The notes: generated by a model not told the origin, from the sequence alone. Positions 24,262 through 38,120 are shown, counted from the first letter of the stretch. The stretch: DNA of 64,000 bases from Octopus sinensis (GCF_006345805.1 NC_043009.1:62372001-62436000); one strand, 5' to 3'. Numbers and translations are program-made.

Positions 24262-24445
24262 TTCGGGGGAAGGGCTAAGTCAGTTACATCGACACCAGTG
24301 CGTAACTGGTACTTATTTAATCGACCCTGGAAGGATGACAGGCAAAGTCGGCCTCGATGAATTTGAACCCATAACGTAAAGACGGACGAAATACCGCTAA
24401 ACGTTTTGCCCAGCATGCTAACGATTCTACCCGCTCGCCATCTTA
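24262..24445 (-). mobile_element. tRNA-derived SINE family B
   Basis: Reverse complement of the GGCGAGCGGGTAGAATCGTTAGC head and the GACTTTGCCTGTCATCCTTCCAGGGTCGAT core. Confidence 0.8.
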
Positions 24446-24459
24446 TCCACCCTCAATAA

Positions 24460-24675
24460 TCCTTTCTACTATAGACACAAGGCCCGAATTGTTGGGGGAA
24501 GAGAGAACCGATTATATCGACCCAAGTGCATGACTGTTACTTATTTTATCGAACCCGAAAAGATGAAAGGTAAAGTTAACCTCGGCTAAATCTGAACTCA
24601 GAACGTAAAGACGGACGAAATACCGTTAATCATTTTTCCCGGCATGCTAACGACTCTACCCGCTCGCCATCCTTA
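24460..24675 (-). mobile_element. tRNA-derived SINE family B (tandem second copy)
   Basis: Same head and core as 24262-24445 and 48136-48370. Confidence 0.8.
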
Positions 24676-25238
24676 ATAATACCAAAAGAATCGATGCATT
24701 AGACTGTACGTAACATAAAAGACTCCGCTAGAATCCATAAAAGATTACGGTACCCCACGGATCTCAACTACTGATAGCAATACACTTGTACGGTACACTA
24801 CACCAACCCTGGAAAGAAACTCTACAACATATGCGTCTAGCTCTGCTAGAAATAGATAACCAACATTATGGGACACAGCACTAACCCTTAAGACACTACA
24901 CTACACCACATAACTCGACTACAGATATGGAGCCAACGGTATATATCACGTGCGCACTTGCACACACGCACACACAAACACACAAATACAAACACAAACA
25001 CACATGCAAGCATGAGCACAGACAAACACACATACAGAAACGCACACAAAAGCTCACACACACACACACACAAACACACACATACACTCACACGCACAAG
25101 CATACATACACGCTCATACAGATACACATGCACAAAAACACACACACACACACACACACAAAGACACACTCACACACACAAGCACACATGCACACTCATA
25201 CAGACACATGCACAAACACACACAAGCACGGACCCAAC

Positions 25239-25280
<42 letters not shown>

Positions 25281-25564
25281 TACACACGCAAACAGAAGAA
25301 CTTCCAACCTTGAAATCATTATTATTTTTATTTGTTTGTCTTCTGGAATGTTCCACAGAAGCCACGAACCAAATATTGATGGAATTTCGAGGATTTTGAC
25401 TGCAATCATTTTTATTTAATTCAGTTTCTAAAAATATCTTCCTTCTTTTTAGATTTTTACATTTTCAGATTTCCTCTTTTAGATTTTTTCCATACATTTT
25501 TATATTTTTATATTTCAAACGAATCCAATTTTAATAATCCTTAAGAAAAAGAACAAAAATTTTA

Positions 25565-25649
25565 ATGATAAAAATTACTACTACTACTACTACTACTACT
25601 ATCATTATTATCATCATCATCATCATAATCATCATAATCATCATCATCA

Positions 25650-25687
<38 letters not shown>

Positions 25688-25704
25688 AATTATTATTATT
25701 ATTA

Positions 25705-25786
<82 letters not shown>

Positions 25787-25844
25787 ATTATAAATTATTA
25801 TTATTATTATTATTATTATAAATTATTATCATTATTATTATTAT

Positions 25845-25879
<35 letters not shown>

Positions 25880-25917
25880 ATAGTAGTATTATCATTATTA
25901 TCATTATTATTATCACT

Positions 25918-25949
<32 letters not shown>

Positions 25950-26030
25950 TATTATTATTACTATTATTATTATTAGTAGTAGTAGTAGTAGTAGTATTGC
26001 TGCTGTTGTTGTTGTTGCTGTTGCTACTTC
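25565..26030. repeat. (TAC)n/(CAT)n/(TAT)n/(TAG)n trinucleotide array
   Basis: Direct reading. Confidence 0.92.
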
Positions 26031-26296
26031 TGTCGTTCTTTGGTGGTTGTGGCGGTGGGGTGCGGTGCGGTGCCACTGCTGCTGCCGCTGCTTTTGTTAC
26101 TATGAACGGTCGCAATTCACAAAGCTCCTCCACAGAGAAGACGTATTCTTCAAAAATTCCTTCACGTAAAACAAAAACAAAGAATGTCTTTCTTAAAAAA
26201 ATTTTTTTGGCGTCCTTTTCGTTAGAAAGGGCTTCGAAATACTTAAACCTCCATCCCCATTACTTCGAGTGGAAGTGAAGGGTCATCTAAACATTG

Positions 26297-26414
<118 letters not shown>

Positions 26415-27167
26415 CATATGTATGCATATGTATTTAGATGTATATATATATATATGCAACATATACATATATTGCATATAAAATATATATGTGTGTGTGT
26501 ATGTCTGTGTGTGTGTGTGTATAATTATGTGCGTATATATATATACATACATACGTAAATATATATATACTGCACGTTTCCGTTAGTACAATGTATTTTT
26601 TTTATTCCAAATGGCCACGAAAAGGGCAGCGGGAAAAGATGTTAGCCACAGCGATGGTAGCATAGTAGCGGGAACGTAAGCTTGAATGATGATAACGAAA
26701 GAGAAACAAAACAGCAACAACAACAATGTTGTCCATCTTTCGTAAGCGCTCCTAGCCAAATCGGAGTTATCGGTCTTGGGAAATCCGAGCCAACGAACAA
26801 GTATGACAGATATGTGTCACAAAAGACAGTACCTCCTTACTCGAGGGATTTATCAAGAAAAAAGCGTCAATAAACGTCACATAAGTCAGTTTTTCACCAA
26901 ATAGTGTGAGATTTATATACTCTCGAAAGAGGAGTTTGAGGGAGCCCTATCAAGATATGAGGCAGGGGAAAGGAATATAGTAGCATGTACCTATCATTTA
27001 AGACCGCAGGTAATTGAAAAAGGAAGGGTCTCATATGTTATATGCTTGTCTAGAGTATAGAACTGAATACAGGCAGAGGAAACACGAACGTCGTGACCAA
27101 GCACATTGCTCTGGACATTGACCCTCGGTCTATAATTGCCTTCATGTCACAGGTAGTCGTGAGAGTA

Positions 27168-27231
27168 GATGTGACCCACGGCAACACGTAGTCAGGTGGG
27201 ATGTGAGCCACGGCAACACGTAGCCAGGTGG
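27168..27231 (+). promoter_or_regulatory. 32-bp tandem duplication, each unit with an RFX X-box-like motif
   Basis: gatgtgacccacggcaacacgtagtcaggtgg x2 with 2 mismatches; GTGACC-CAC-GGCAAC (27171-27185) fits GTNRCC(N0-3)RGYAAC. Confidence 0.35.
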
Positions 27232-27407
27232 TGGGTGGTGGTGGTGGTGGTGGTGGTGGTGGTGGTGGTGGTGGTGGTGGAAGTGACGTGTATGCCGTTC
27301 TACTTAGCAGCAAACACAAGTAAACGTACTGGCGATGTGCTGAGATGTAAAGCGATTAGTGAGTTATTGAGTACCAGGATCGAGTCTTATTCTCTCTTTC
27401 TCTTTTT

Positions 27408-27442
<35 letters not shown>

Positions 27443-28064
27443 CTCTTTTTCCCCCTTTCTTTCTCTATCATACACACACTCATACACATATACACGTACA
27501 TACACGCACGCACATTCATGCACATGTTCACACACACACACACCACACACACACGAAATTATTATGCTATGACTTCGTATCCCAAACTACTGCTACCTCT
27601 TGTACCACGACCACCACCAACACTACCTCCACCACCACAGACCACCACACCTTACTACCACCACCAACTACTGCAGCATGTTCAATGCAAAAGCTGCGTA
27701 AAAGGTCTCCTTTTTTTTTATTCTACCTTTATATTTGTGCTTGTGCGCCGAAGTCTCGTGTGTGTCTATGTGTGCGTGAAAATAGGTGTGTGAGTGTGCG
27801 TGTGTTAAAGTAATATATGTGTGAGTGCATGTTTATGTGTTTACGTGAGGCTTATTTTAAAGCGTATACGGGTTTATATGTGTGTCTATGTATGGGTTTG
27901 TGTTTGCGTGTACATCCGTGGGTGTGTGTGTGTGTCCCTCTGTGTGTGTTAGTATGTGTGTGTGTGTGTGTGTGTGTGTTTGCCTGTATATGTTGTTACA
28001 GTCATTATTATCACTGATAGTTATGAGGTAGTGGAGGCGGACATGTTCTCCCTCTCTTTCTCCA

Positions 28065-28133
<69 letters not shown>

Positions 28134-28404
28134 GTGTGCGTGTGTACCAGGGCGGTGTAGTTTACAGTTTCTGTGTTAGCCATAATGCGGGTACTTGCTC
28201 TGTTGATCAGCAACATCTGCCTCGAAAGAGAGAGCGAGAGAGAGAGAGAGAGAGCGAGAGACAGATAGACAGAGAGCTTACTGTCCAAGACAATAATTTG
28301 CCTCTCACCCACAAGTACACAAATATACAGGAAGAAAAGAATGGGAAAAGAGTGTATGTTTGGATGTACAGAAACAAGGAGTAGAGTGAGTGTACATGCG
28401 CGCG

Positions 28405-28452
<48 letters not shown>

Positions 28453-29020
28453 CGTGTGTATGCGTTTGTATGCGTGTGTGTGTGTGCATGTGTGTGTGTA
28501 CATGTGTTTGTACATATGCGTGTGCATGTGTGCATGCGTGTGTATGTGTGTGTGTGTTTTGAGAGACAGAAGCAGAGGGAAAAAGTCCTTATGCTTCTGA
28601 CCATCGAAGCCCATCATAAAATCAATCACTAATGCATGAACTCTCCTCTTCTCTCTCCCTTTCTATCCCCTCTCTCTCTCTCTCTCTCACACGCGCGCGC
28701 GCAAACGTATACACACATGACGAAATCCACAAATGTAAGATATTTATACACAGTATTTATGATAAATAAAGCGGAGACTAATTTTCGTACATTCACCTAT
28801 TCTTGGAATGCGTGAGTGTTCCTTAATACCGAAGCCAACTTGGATAGTATGACATATAGATCCCCCCACCCCACCCCACCCGTTTTTACCGTTCTGAAAT
28901 AAACCGCGCATTTCTTAGCAATCTGTAAACTGCAGGTTTTCTTGTCAACCTATTTCAGATTTTCTCTACAAAGGTCGTAACGCACTCGGAAACGGTTTAG
29001 AAAACTAACGACAATATTAT

Positions 29021-29260
29021 TTTTTTACTTGTTTCAGTCATTTGACCGCGGCCATGCTGGAGCACCGCCGCCTTTAGTCGAACGAATCGACCCCAGGACT
29101 TATTCTTTGTAAGCCTAGTACTTATTCTATCGGTCTCTTTAGCCGAACCGCTAAGTTATGGAGACGCAAACACACCAGCATCGGTTGTCAAGCGATGTTG
29201 GGGGGACAAACACAGACACACACACACACCACAGATATATATATATATAATATATATATA

Positions 29261-29321
<61 letters not shown>

Positions 29322-29650
29322 AAGAAAATGGAATAAGATTTCTTACAATCATCAACTACTAGATAATACCAATTCATATATTTATTAACTATATTTAGGA
29401 ACATCCAGATCAAACAGAATAATACAGAATAAAGCAGTACACATCAATAAGTAAGATAATACCATAAGAACAATACATATAAATATAAAATGGATCTTAC
29501 AACATTTTACCTTCGCCCATATAATACAATAAATGAATTAATTGCATTGCAATTCTTAGCATTTATGTATTAGCCTTTCTGGGTACTTTACTGGCAGTAT
29601 ATTGGATAAATGATATCCCATAGTGGGTTACACTCATAACCCCTATCTCA

Positions 29651-29687
<37 letters not shown>

Positions 29688-29830
29688 CATATATACGACG
29701 GGCTTCTTTCAGTTTCCGTCTACCAAATCCACTCACAAGGCTTTGGTCGGCCAAAGGTTCCATGCAGTAGGACTAAACCCGGAACCATGTGGTTGGTAAA
29801 TAAGCTACTTACCACACAGCCACTCCTGCA
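29021..29830 (-). mobile_element. SINE family A split by an insertion in its internal (TA)n
   Basis: 3' half at 29021-29225 and 5' half at 29691-29830, separated by TA arrays and a unique 334-bp block. Confidence 0.85.
29318..29651. mobile_element. Unclassified AT-rich element inserted in a (TA)n array
   Basis: Unique block flanked on both sides by (TA)n inside a SINE; one end carries the small hairpins CCCA-tag-TGGG and GGGTTA-cactca-TAACCC. Confidence 0.55.
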
Positions 29831-30129
29831 CGTAAACGAAAAAGCCTGCCTAAATCTTTAAAATGCGACCAGCTTTGTACATGTCCCGTGGGTATCTAAA
29901 ACTTGCAGTATACTTACTTTGAAGATACATCCATCATTGTTAGCTTAGGTGTGGTGTCTACGTGTATAGAAGTGACAGAGATGGTGGAAGTGTGTGTGTG
30001 TGGAAGGGGGGGGACGGCGCCTGTCTGAGAAGATTTATGATGATAACCTTACCACCTTTAGTGTTTTCACGCACCGAAACACATCGATTTATTTTGTGCG
30101 ACTCACTCACAATCGTGACAAACATATTG

Positions 30130-30481
30130 TTGCTACAACAGCGATAACAACAACAACAACAATAACAACATCATTGTCGTAATGTCTTGCTACAACTTCA
30201 AAAATAGCAATATCATAGCGACGATAACGCCAACAACAACAACAACAACAACAGCAATAATAATAATAACAACAACAACGATAATAATAACAATAACAAT
30301 AATAATAATAATAATAGTAATAGTAATAATAATAATAATACGATAACGATAATAACAATAATAATAACGATAATAATAATAATAATAACAATAATAATAA
30401 TAGTAATAATAATAAGAAGAAGAACAACAACAACAACAACAATAATAATAATAATAATAATAATGATAATAACAATATAAC

Positions 30482-30532
<51 letters not shown>

Positions 30533-30535
30533 CAC
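30130..30535. repeat. (AAC)n/(AAT)n trinucleotide array
   Basis: Direct reading. Confidence 0.92.
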
Positions 30536-30927
30536 ATAAAGGAAATATCATTTGAACATTTGCTGTTTGCCATTTGTTTCAGTTATTTCTGCAAATGATG
30601 TCTACGTACAAAGAAATAAATTTCAGCGTTTAATTACTCGAAGTTTAATTAATTATTCAGAGATTTCTGTATGAATGAAAACCTCACTTGGTGAAATCGT
30701 CGTCGTTGTCATCGTCGTAGTTGCCGCCGCTGCTGTTTTGTTATTGTTTTGTTGTTGTTGTTCTTGTTGTTGTTCTTGTTCTTGAAGAAGATGGGTGTGC
30801 CTTCAGATTGCGAGACAAATTTGGACTAGGGTTATAAATCATAGTGACGTTGGAAATAATTAGAACGTCGCAAAGGAGGTGGGTGGCGGGGGGTTGTATC
30901 GCTTGCCTATTCATTCATGTTAGCCTC

Positions 30928-30994
<67 letters not shown>

Positions 30995-31429
30995 CAGCCG
31001 TTTATCACCTTTGTGTCAATGAAATAAATCTTTATTATGTTATTATGTTTATTATTCATGGTTTCAGAAGAAATACACTCGTCAAGAGTTAGTTTCCTTT
31101 AAAATACGAAAAGAAAAAGACGAAGAAGAAATAGTTAGTTTCTTGGAACTCATTAAAACAATCGGGGTTATTAAGTGTGAAACGCGAAGGTCTTCTTAAT
31201 ACCAAATCCGCTCTCCCCTAAAATGGAGAGTTGCTCCTTGTCAACAAAGTCGCAATATACTATGATAAACAATCACCTAATTGCGTTGCACAAACAAACA
31301 TAAATAAATAAGTACCGAGGTTCGTTTGTTCAATTAAACCTTCGAGGCGGTGTTCCAGCTTGGCCGCAATCCAGAGGCTGAAACAAATAAAAGATAAAAG
31401 ATATAATATCCGATAATCGTAAATACGTA

Positions 31430-31601
31430 GGCGCAGGCGTGGCTCTGTGGTTAAGAAGGTCGCTTGGCAACAATGCGGTTTTGAGTTCAGTCTCACTCCG
31501 TGGCACTGTGGGTAAGTGTCTTCTACTATAACCTCGGGGGCCGACTAATGCCTTGTGAGTTAATTTGGTAGACGGAAACTGCGTGGAAGCCTGCTATATA
31601 G

Positions 31602-31640
<39 letters not shown>

Positions 31641-31860
31641 TTTGAATTTGTATTTATCTTCCCACTACCAATTGACGACCGATGTCGGTTTGTTTACGTC
31701 ACTGTAATCTAGCGGTTTGACAAAATTCACCGACATAGAATAAGTACCGAACTTTAAAAACAAGCACTGGAGTCGATTTGTTCGATTTATTAGACTAAAC
31801 CCGTCATGGTGGTGCCCCAGCATGGCCGCTGTCAGTCCAATGACCGAAAGAAGTAAAAGA
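31430..31860 (+). mobile_element. SINE family A, full length, diverged
   Basis: GGCGCAGGCGTGGCTCTGTGG head, GAGTTCAGTCTC B-box-like motif, internal (TG)n, CCAGCATGGCCGC tail. Confidence 0.85.
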
Positions 31861-31892
<32 letters not shown>

Positions 31893-32834
31893 AGGTTGAC
31901 CAATGGTCCTCATAATCCCGTAATGCCTCCCCCCTCCCGCCAACCGCTTCGGTCCACACCACCCCCACCCAGCTAAATACGCATGTCCTTTCATTCAGCT
32001 GCATTGGTGGCCCCGCACATAGTCCAGTAGAAACTTTACTTGTCCCTTGTTCACACATCTAACGACTTTCTGTTTTAAGGGTCTCACCCCGGCCACCATC
32101 ACTTTCTCTTCACCTGAATGTATAATTAATTTCTTAAGAATTTGAATAAGGGTTAAGGGAGAATAGGTAGGCGAGGAGGGCGGAGAGGGAGAGAGAGAGA
32201 GAGAGAGGACAAGACGAGGGGAATCAGCAATAACAGGAGAACCATCACCATCACTACAACCGCAACAACAACAACCACCACCACCACCACCATCACCGTC
32301 ACCAGTATCACTGTCTCTACCTTAATCACTAACACATCATTAGCACCACCAACACCACTACCACCACCACACCATCACCACCACACCACCATCACCACCA
32401 CTGCCACCATCACCATTATCATTATTACCACCACTACCACCACCACCGCTACTACCACCATCACCACCACCACTATCACCGCCGCCATGTTATATCACTG
32501 CTGTTGGTTGTAGGAAGTGAATTCACACTGACACCGGTTTTTGCAACAGCAGGCAGAAGAAAAAGAAGAAGAAAAAAAAAGAAGAAAAAGGTGTCAACCG
32601 GAAGTATTTACAAGAGACAACGAATGTCACTAATAAAAGATACAGAATGCCATTTCTGTCTCCTCCTCCTCCTTCCCTACGTCACTTCCTGCAATAATCA
32701 GGGTCAAATGTTATCTAATTTACCTGAACAAAATGGAAGTAACAGACGATGTCTTTCTTCGCTGAAATTTTTTTATATCTCTCACTCGTATAATGAATGG
32801 TTTCAAATTTTGACACGACGATAGCAAATTTGGG

Positions 32835-32985
32835 GAGCAAGCTGATTAAATTGACCCAGTGCCCCTCAACTGGTACTTATTTATAACGAGGCCCGAAAGA
32901 TAAAAAACGAAGTCGATCTCTACGGACGAAATGCCGCTAAGCAATTTGTCCGGCGTGCTAACGATTCTGCCAGCTCGCCGCTTTA
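32835..32985 (-). mobile_element. SINE family B, internally deleted
   Basis: gacccagtgc...ctggtacttattt and ccggcgtgctaacgattctgccagctcgccgc (head, reverse complement). Confidence 0.7.
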
Positions 32986-33003
32986 TCTTTCTCTTAAGTA
33001 TTA

Positions 33004-33227
33004 CTCTTTTACTCTTGTACTTGTGTCAGTCATTTGAATGTGGCTATGCTGGAGCACCGCCTTTAGTCAAGCAAATCGACCCCAGGACTTATTCTTTGTA
33101 AGCCTAGTACTTATTCTAGCTATCTCTTTTGCCGAACCGCTAAGTTACGGAGACCAAAACACACCAGCATCGGTTGTCAAGCGATGCTGGGAGGACAAAC
33201 ACAGACACAAACTTATACACACATACA

Positions 33228-33269
<42 letters not shown>

Positions 33270-33426
33270 TACGACGGGCTTCTTTCAGTTTCCGTCTACC
33301 AAATCCACTCACAAGGCTTTGGTCGGCCCGAGGCTATAGTAGAAGACACTCGCCCAAGCTGCCACGCAGTGGGACTGAACCCGGAACCATGTGTTTGGTT
33401 AGCAAGCTACTTACCACTCTTACGCC
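33004..33426 (-). mobile_element. SINE family A, full length
   Basis: Reverse complement of 40943-41340 over its whole length. Confidence 0.9.
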
Positions 33427-33429
33427 TAT

Positions 33430-33605
33430 TGGTTTCAAATTTCACACCACAAGGCCACAGATTTCGAGAGATGGATAAGTCTATCACATCGACCCCAGTG
33501 CCAAAGTCGACCGCGGCGAAATTTGAACTCAGAACGTAAAGACGGACGAAATGCTGCTAAGCATTTTACCCAACATGCTAACGATTCTGGTTGCTCGCTA
33601 CCTTA
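33430..33605 (-). mobile_element. SINE family B, partial
   Basis: atcgaccccagtg..aaagtcgacc..gaatttgaactcagaacgtaaagacggacgaaatg..gctaacgattc. Confidence 0.75.
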
Positions 33606-33988
33606 TCTCCCATATATTAAGCCTGGTTAAGTACTGAGTTAAATCATACTTTGCTGAAAAGGTCTAATAAAACCGAAACGTATCCGGAGTAGTTCCCCAA
33701 GTTGTTAAAGATTAGACTAACCACCACTAACACACATTCTGCATATCCCCAATTAACATTTAGTAAGTCAAGATTTCAAAATTGTTTCCTTTGCTTTTCT
33801 CTTCATGAGAATTAATGAGTAAATGAATGAGGAGGTTTTTTTTGCTTTCGCTCTTTGTCTTGTCACCTGGTGATGATTGTTTTTTGTTGGGTTAGTTAGG
33901 TTCAGCCCAATAAATGGATTAATCTCTGATTAACTATGTCTTTCAATGTAAAAGTATTCATTTTCACGTTTTTTTTATTATGGTATTT

Positions 33989-34026
<38 letters not shown>

Positions 34027-35302
34027 TCCTGTTTTGAGTTTTATTGCTTGTACCGCCAAACGCACGCACACGCAAACATATATGCATACACACACGCTTA
34101 CACATACAAACATACATACGTACATACATACATACATACATACATACATACATACATACATACATACATACGTATGTGTATATGTGCGAATGTATACATG
34201 ACTATGAGGACATGCATATGTATATATATACGTAAGTTGGAAATTAGTTTAGATGTACAAGGGTATATAATAGTTTAACAAGACCAAGATGGCATCATTG
34301 AGAAAGAAATAAAGAACAATTAAAGGGTAAGATGATTAACCAATTAAATACGACAGAAAAGTCAGCAGACCGCAAAAAAAGGACAGACGACTTCCGGCGG
34401 CGTCTCTTTACTAATACTTCCGCTTTATCTGTATTTGTTGTTTGGTGCCTAATAACGGAGATCAGAGAGGTTTTATACGGCATGTAGGACTGGTTATTTG
34501 GTGGCTTACATGTTATGTGTAGTTTGCTAAATTATCTAGCAAGCAGTTCGACTGTGCATAAGGCAGAGAAAGAGAGATACAGAAGAGGGTACGAAGTCTC
34601 AGTGTATCTGTCTATATGTGTAGGTATTTCTATGTGTGTAGGAATTTCAGTTAATGCGAATGTGTTTGTGTGTGCTCTGAACGTAGTTTAAATGTGTTCA
34701 TGCAAGTGTGGAATATATATGTGTTCGTAGGCGATGTTGTGTGTGTGTGTGTGTGTGTATATATACGGGCGTGTCGATGCACGTTTGCAAGTTTTTATTA
34801 AACTACCCATCAGCAACAGCCCATTAGACCTCTGTAGATGTGATGCTTGCTTACTGCGCTGCGAAAGCGAATACTAAAAAAGGGTCCCTAATCTCGTAGA
34901 GACATTCTGCATACACCCTCGCCTTTCTTCGTGTTAAAACTTACATTCTGAGAGATATGAAACCCATGCGATTGACTTTTAGAAACTGGAATAATATTTC
35001 AGGAGCTGGAATTGTAATTAAATCTGATAATATAATCCAAAATATATTATCAGGGTAATATTCATATTTTTTTTTACTCATTTCTTTTAGTCATGTGACT
35101 GCAGTCTCATACCGAGACGCGCTTTGAAGAGTTTCGTCGATCAAATCGACACCAGTTCGTTTTTTTTTTTTTTTTTTTTTTTCGTTTTTTTTTAACTTGG
35201 TCTTTATTTGATCTGTTCTTTTTGCCGAAACACGGAGTTATAGAGATGTAAACAAACCAATACCGATTGCCGCTGTGAGGGGAGGGGGGCAAAGACACAG
35301 TA

Positions 35303-35364
<62 letters not shown>

Positions 35365-35365
<1 letters not shown>

Positions 35366-35936
35366 CTCTTACTCTTTACTTGTTTCAGTCAGTTGACTGC
35401 GGCCATGCTGGAGCACCGCCTTTAGTCGAGCAACTCGACCCTGGGACTTATTCTTTGTAAGCCCAGTACTTATTCTATCAGTCTCTTTTGCCGAACCGCT
35501 AAGTGACGGGGACATAAACACACCAGCATCGGTTGTCAAGCTAGGGGACAAACACAGACACACAAACACACACGCACATATATATATATATTTCTTTACT
35601 ACCCACAAGGGGCTAAACATAGAGGGGACAAACAAGGACAGACAAAGGGATTAAGTCGATTACATCGACCCCAGTGCGTAACTGGTACTTAATTTATCGA
35701 CCCCGAAAGGATGAAAGGCAAAGTCGACCTCGGCGGAATTTGAACTCGGAACGTAACGACAGACGAAATAAATATACATATATACGACGGGCTTCTTTCA
35801 GTTTCCGTCTACCAAATCCACTCACAAGGCTTTGGTCGGCCCGAGGCTATAGTAGAAGGCACTTGCCCAAGGTGCCACGCAGTGGGACTGAACCCGGAGC
35901 CATGTGTTTGGTAGGCAAGCTACTTACCACACAGCC
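35365..35936 (-). mobile_element. SINE family A interrupted by a nested family B SINE
   Basis: 3' half at 35365-35580 and 5' half at 35780-35936. Confidence 0.88.
35591..35770 (-). mobile_element. SINE family B, 5'-truncated, nested in the (TA)n of a family A SINE
   Basis: Reverse complement of about 48190-48365, from the tail tttctttactacccacaagggg to acagacgaaata. Confidence 0.88.
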
Positions 35937-36309
35937 ATATATATATATATATATACATATTACATTTTGTCCGGGGTGCTGGCGATTCTGCTAGCTCACC
36001 GCCTCGGATGGATCAAATGATACTGAATAGAACTAGACACAAATTGAGCCGAGAATCAGTCGAAGACCGGAGTAGATGAAACGGTGAAGAAGGATGTATT
36101 GTAAGAAAGAAAGAAACGCGCGTTTCCGTCCATCTTCTGACACGGCAGCTCACTGCATTAAACTGTTTTGAAAAAACTAACAGAGATAATACATGGTGGT
36201 AGGGGGTAGGGGTGGAACTCTTGAGAAATCACGTGACCAACTTTGTATGGACACTGGTCAGTCAGTGACAAGTGTTGCTTTCTTTCATCCACCCACTCAA
36301 ATCTGTTTA

Positions 36310-36355
36310 TCACATACATACACACACATATACATTCTCACACGGACACACACAT

Positions 36356-36389
<34 letters not shown>

Positions 36390-36817
36390 TCGCACATGTG
36401 TACACATATGCACACACACATATACATTCTCACGCGGACACACACACACACACATGCATTCTCATACACACACACACACACATTCGCACACGTGTACATA
36501 CATACACACACATGCACACTCACACATATACATTCTCACGCGGATACACACACACACATGCATTCTCATACACACACACACACACATTTCTCACATGCAC
36601 ACACACATACATTCTCACGCGGATACACACACACGCACATGCATCCACATACACACACGCACATTCTCACACGTACACACACACATTTCTCACAATCACA
36701 CAAATATACATTCTCAGATGGATACAAATATGCATTCTCACATGCACACACACACACAACACACACACACATATACATTCTCACAGACACACATTCTCGC
36801 ATGGACACGAACACATG

Positions 36818-36893
<76 letters not shown>

Positions 36894-36910
36894 TTCTCAC
36901 ACGCACACAC
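36310..36910. repeat. (CA)n-derived higher-order minisatellite with ATTCTCA units
   Basis: Recurrent catatacattctcac(g/a)cgga(c/t)acac...atgcattctca blocks, at least 5 copies. Confidence 0.75.
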
Positions 36911-37303
36911 AACGCCACCTACCATTAAGCCATTCTCTACTGTTTCCTCTCCGTTCACCGTCTTCTATCACCTGATACTTAATATTACAATGATATGACG
37001 TAGAAACAGGGTCAAGATGGCGGAAATGAAATACAGTCGTTTTCCAAAAATTTTCTCTCGGTATTTACGTACGTACCAAATGTATATGCGCGCGCGCGTG
37101 TGTATGTGTGTTGTGTGTGTTTATGTGTTAATGTGTGTATGCATGTGTGTGTGTGTGTGTGTGTAACGTAAACATTGCTCAAGCACACATTTACCACAGT
37201 TATACTTAAATGTAAGTGTATATATATACATATGTGTGTATGCATTCACATACATATGTATATGTTATTGCGAATGTATGTGTATATTTTTTACATTAGC
37301 GCA

Positions 37304-37385
<82 letters not shown>

Positions 37386-37665
37386 TGCACACACACATAA
37401 GTCCAAAACATTTCATCTTAAAATGGCGTATCGTAAAGACCATTATAAGCGATTGCACGCAATGCCATCTTCCACCACGACTATCACCACCACCACCACC
37501 ACAACCCCACTACCACTAGATCATCACCGCTACTACAACCACTATAACCACCAGCACCACCATACACTCGCACGCTCTCTCTCTCTCTCTCTCTCTCTTC
37601 TTCACTGATGGGAATATACACAACACACCCTCACATAAGTCGTCTTCATACACACTCATACACAT

Positions 37666-37704
<39 letters not shown>

Positions 37705-37944
37705 TGTATGTTTATGTACGTGCTTGTACACCATAATACACTTATAGTATTTTCGAGCGAGTAAAACTCCGTGAAAGATAAAATCTTCAGAAAGGAAACA
37801 AACTAAACTCCGTAGAATTATTAAACAGAATGGAACACTTGATCTGGTACCATAGACTCTAATATCTTAGATGTTGGTGCAACAGAATCTGGTATGCTAA
37901 GCTCGTACCTAAAGTTATCGAACTAAAGAGAGGGCTTCGTTCGA

Positions 37945-38120
37945 CTTTCTAGAAATAGCAGCAAAATCTCTCTCAAATCTCAACTAATTGTCGTATTAAA
38001 AAAAAAACTACATGTTAGTCAATATGGATTTGTGTTATTTGTACATAGGAAAAGGCTGAGATGGTCAAAGTTGAAACGTGTTTGATCATTACTCTGCTCG
38101 ATCAGGGCTCACCGAGATTG
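37945..38120 (+). mobile_element. Fragment of a SINE-like dispersed repeat (CTAGAAATAGCAGC...GATCAGGGCT family)
   Basis: Shares ctagaaatagca(g/a)c(c)aaatc with the minus-strand copy near 61000-61140 and a trace at 43143-43170. Confidence 0.5.

Noticed and set aside
33645-33692. Hammerhead-like CTGAAAA-GGT..ACC-GAAAC-GTA
   Set aside because: G8 of the core is A and helix I does not pair; at best a fossil, not supportable alone.
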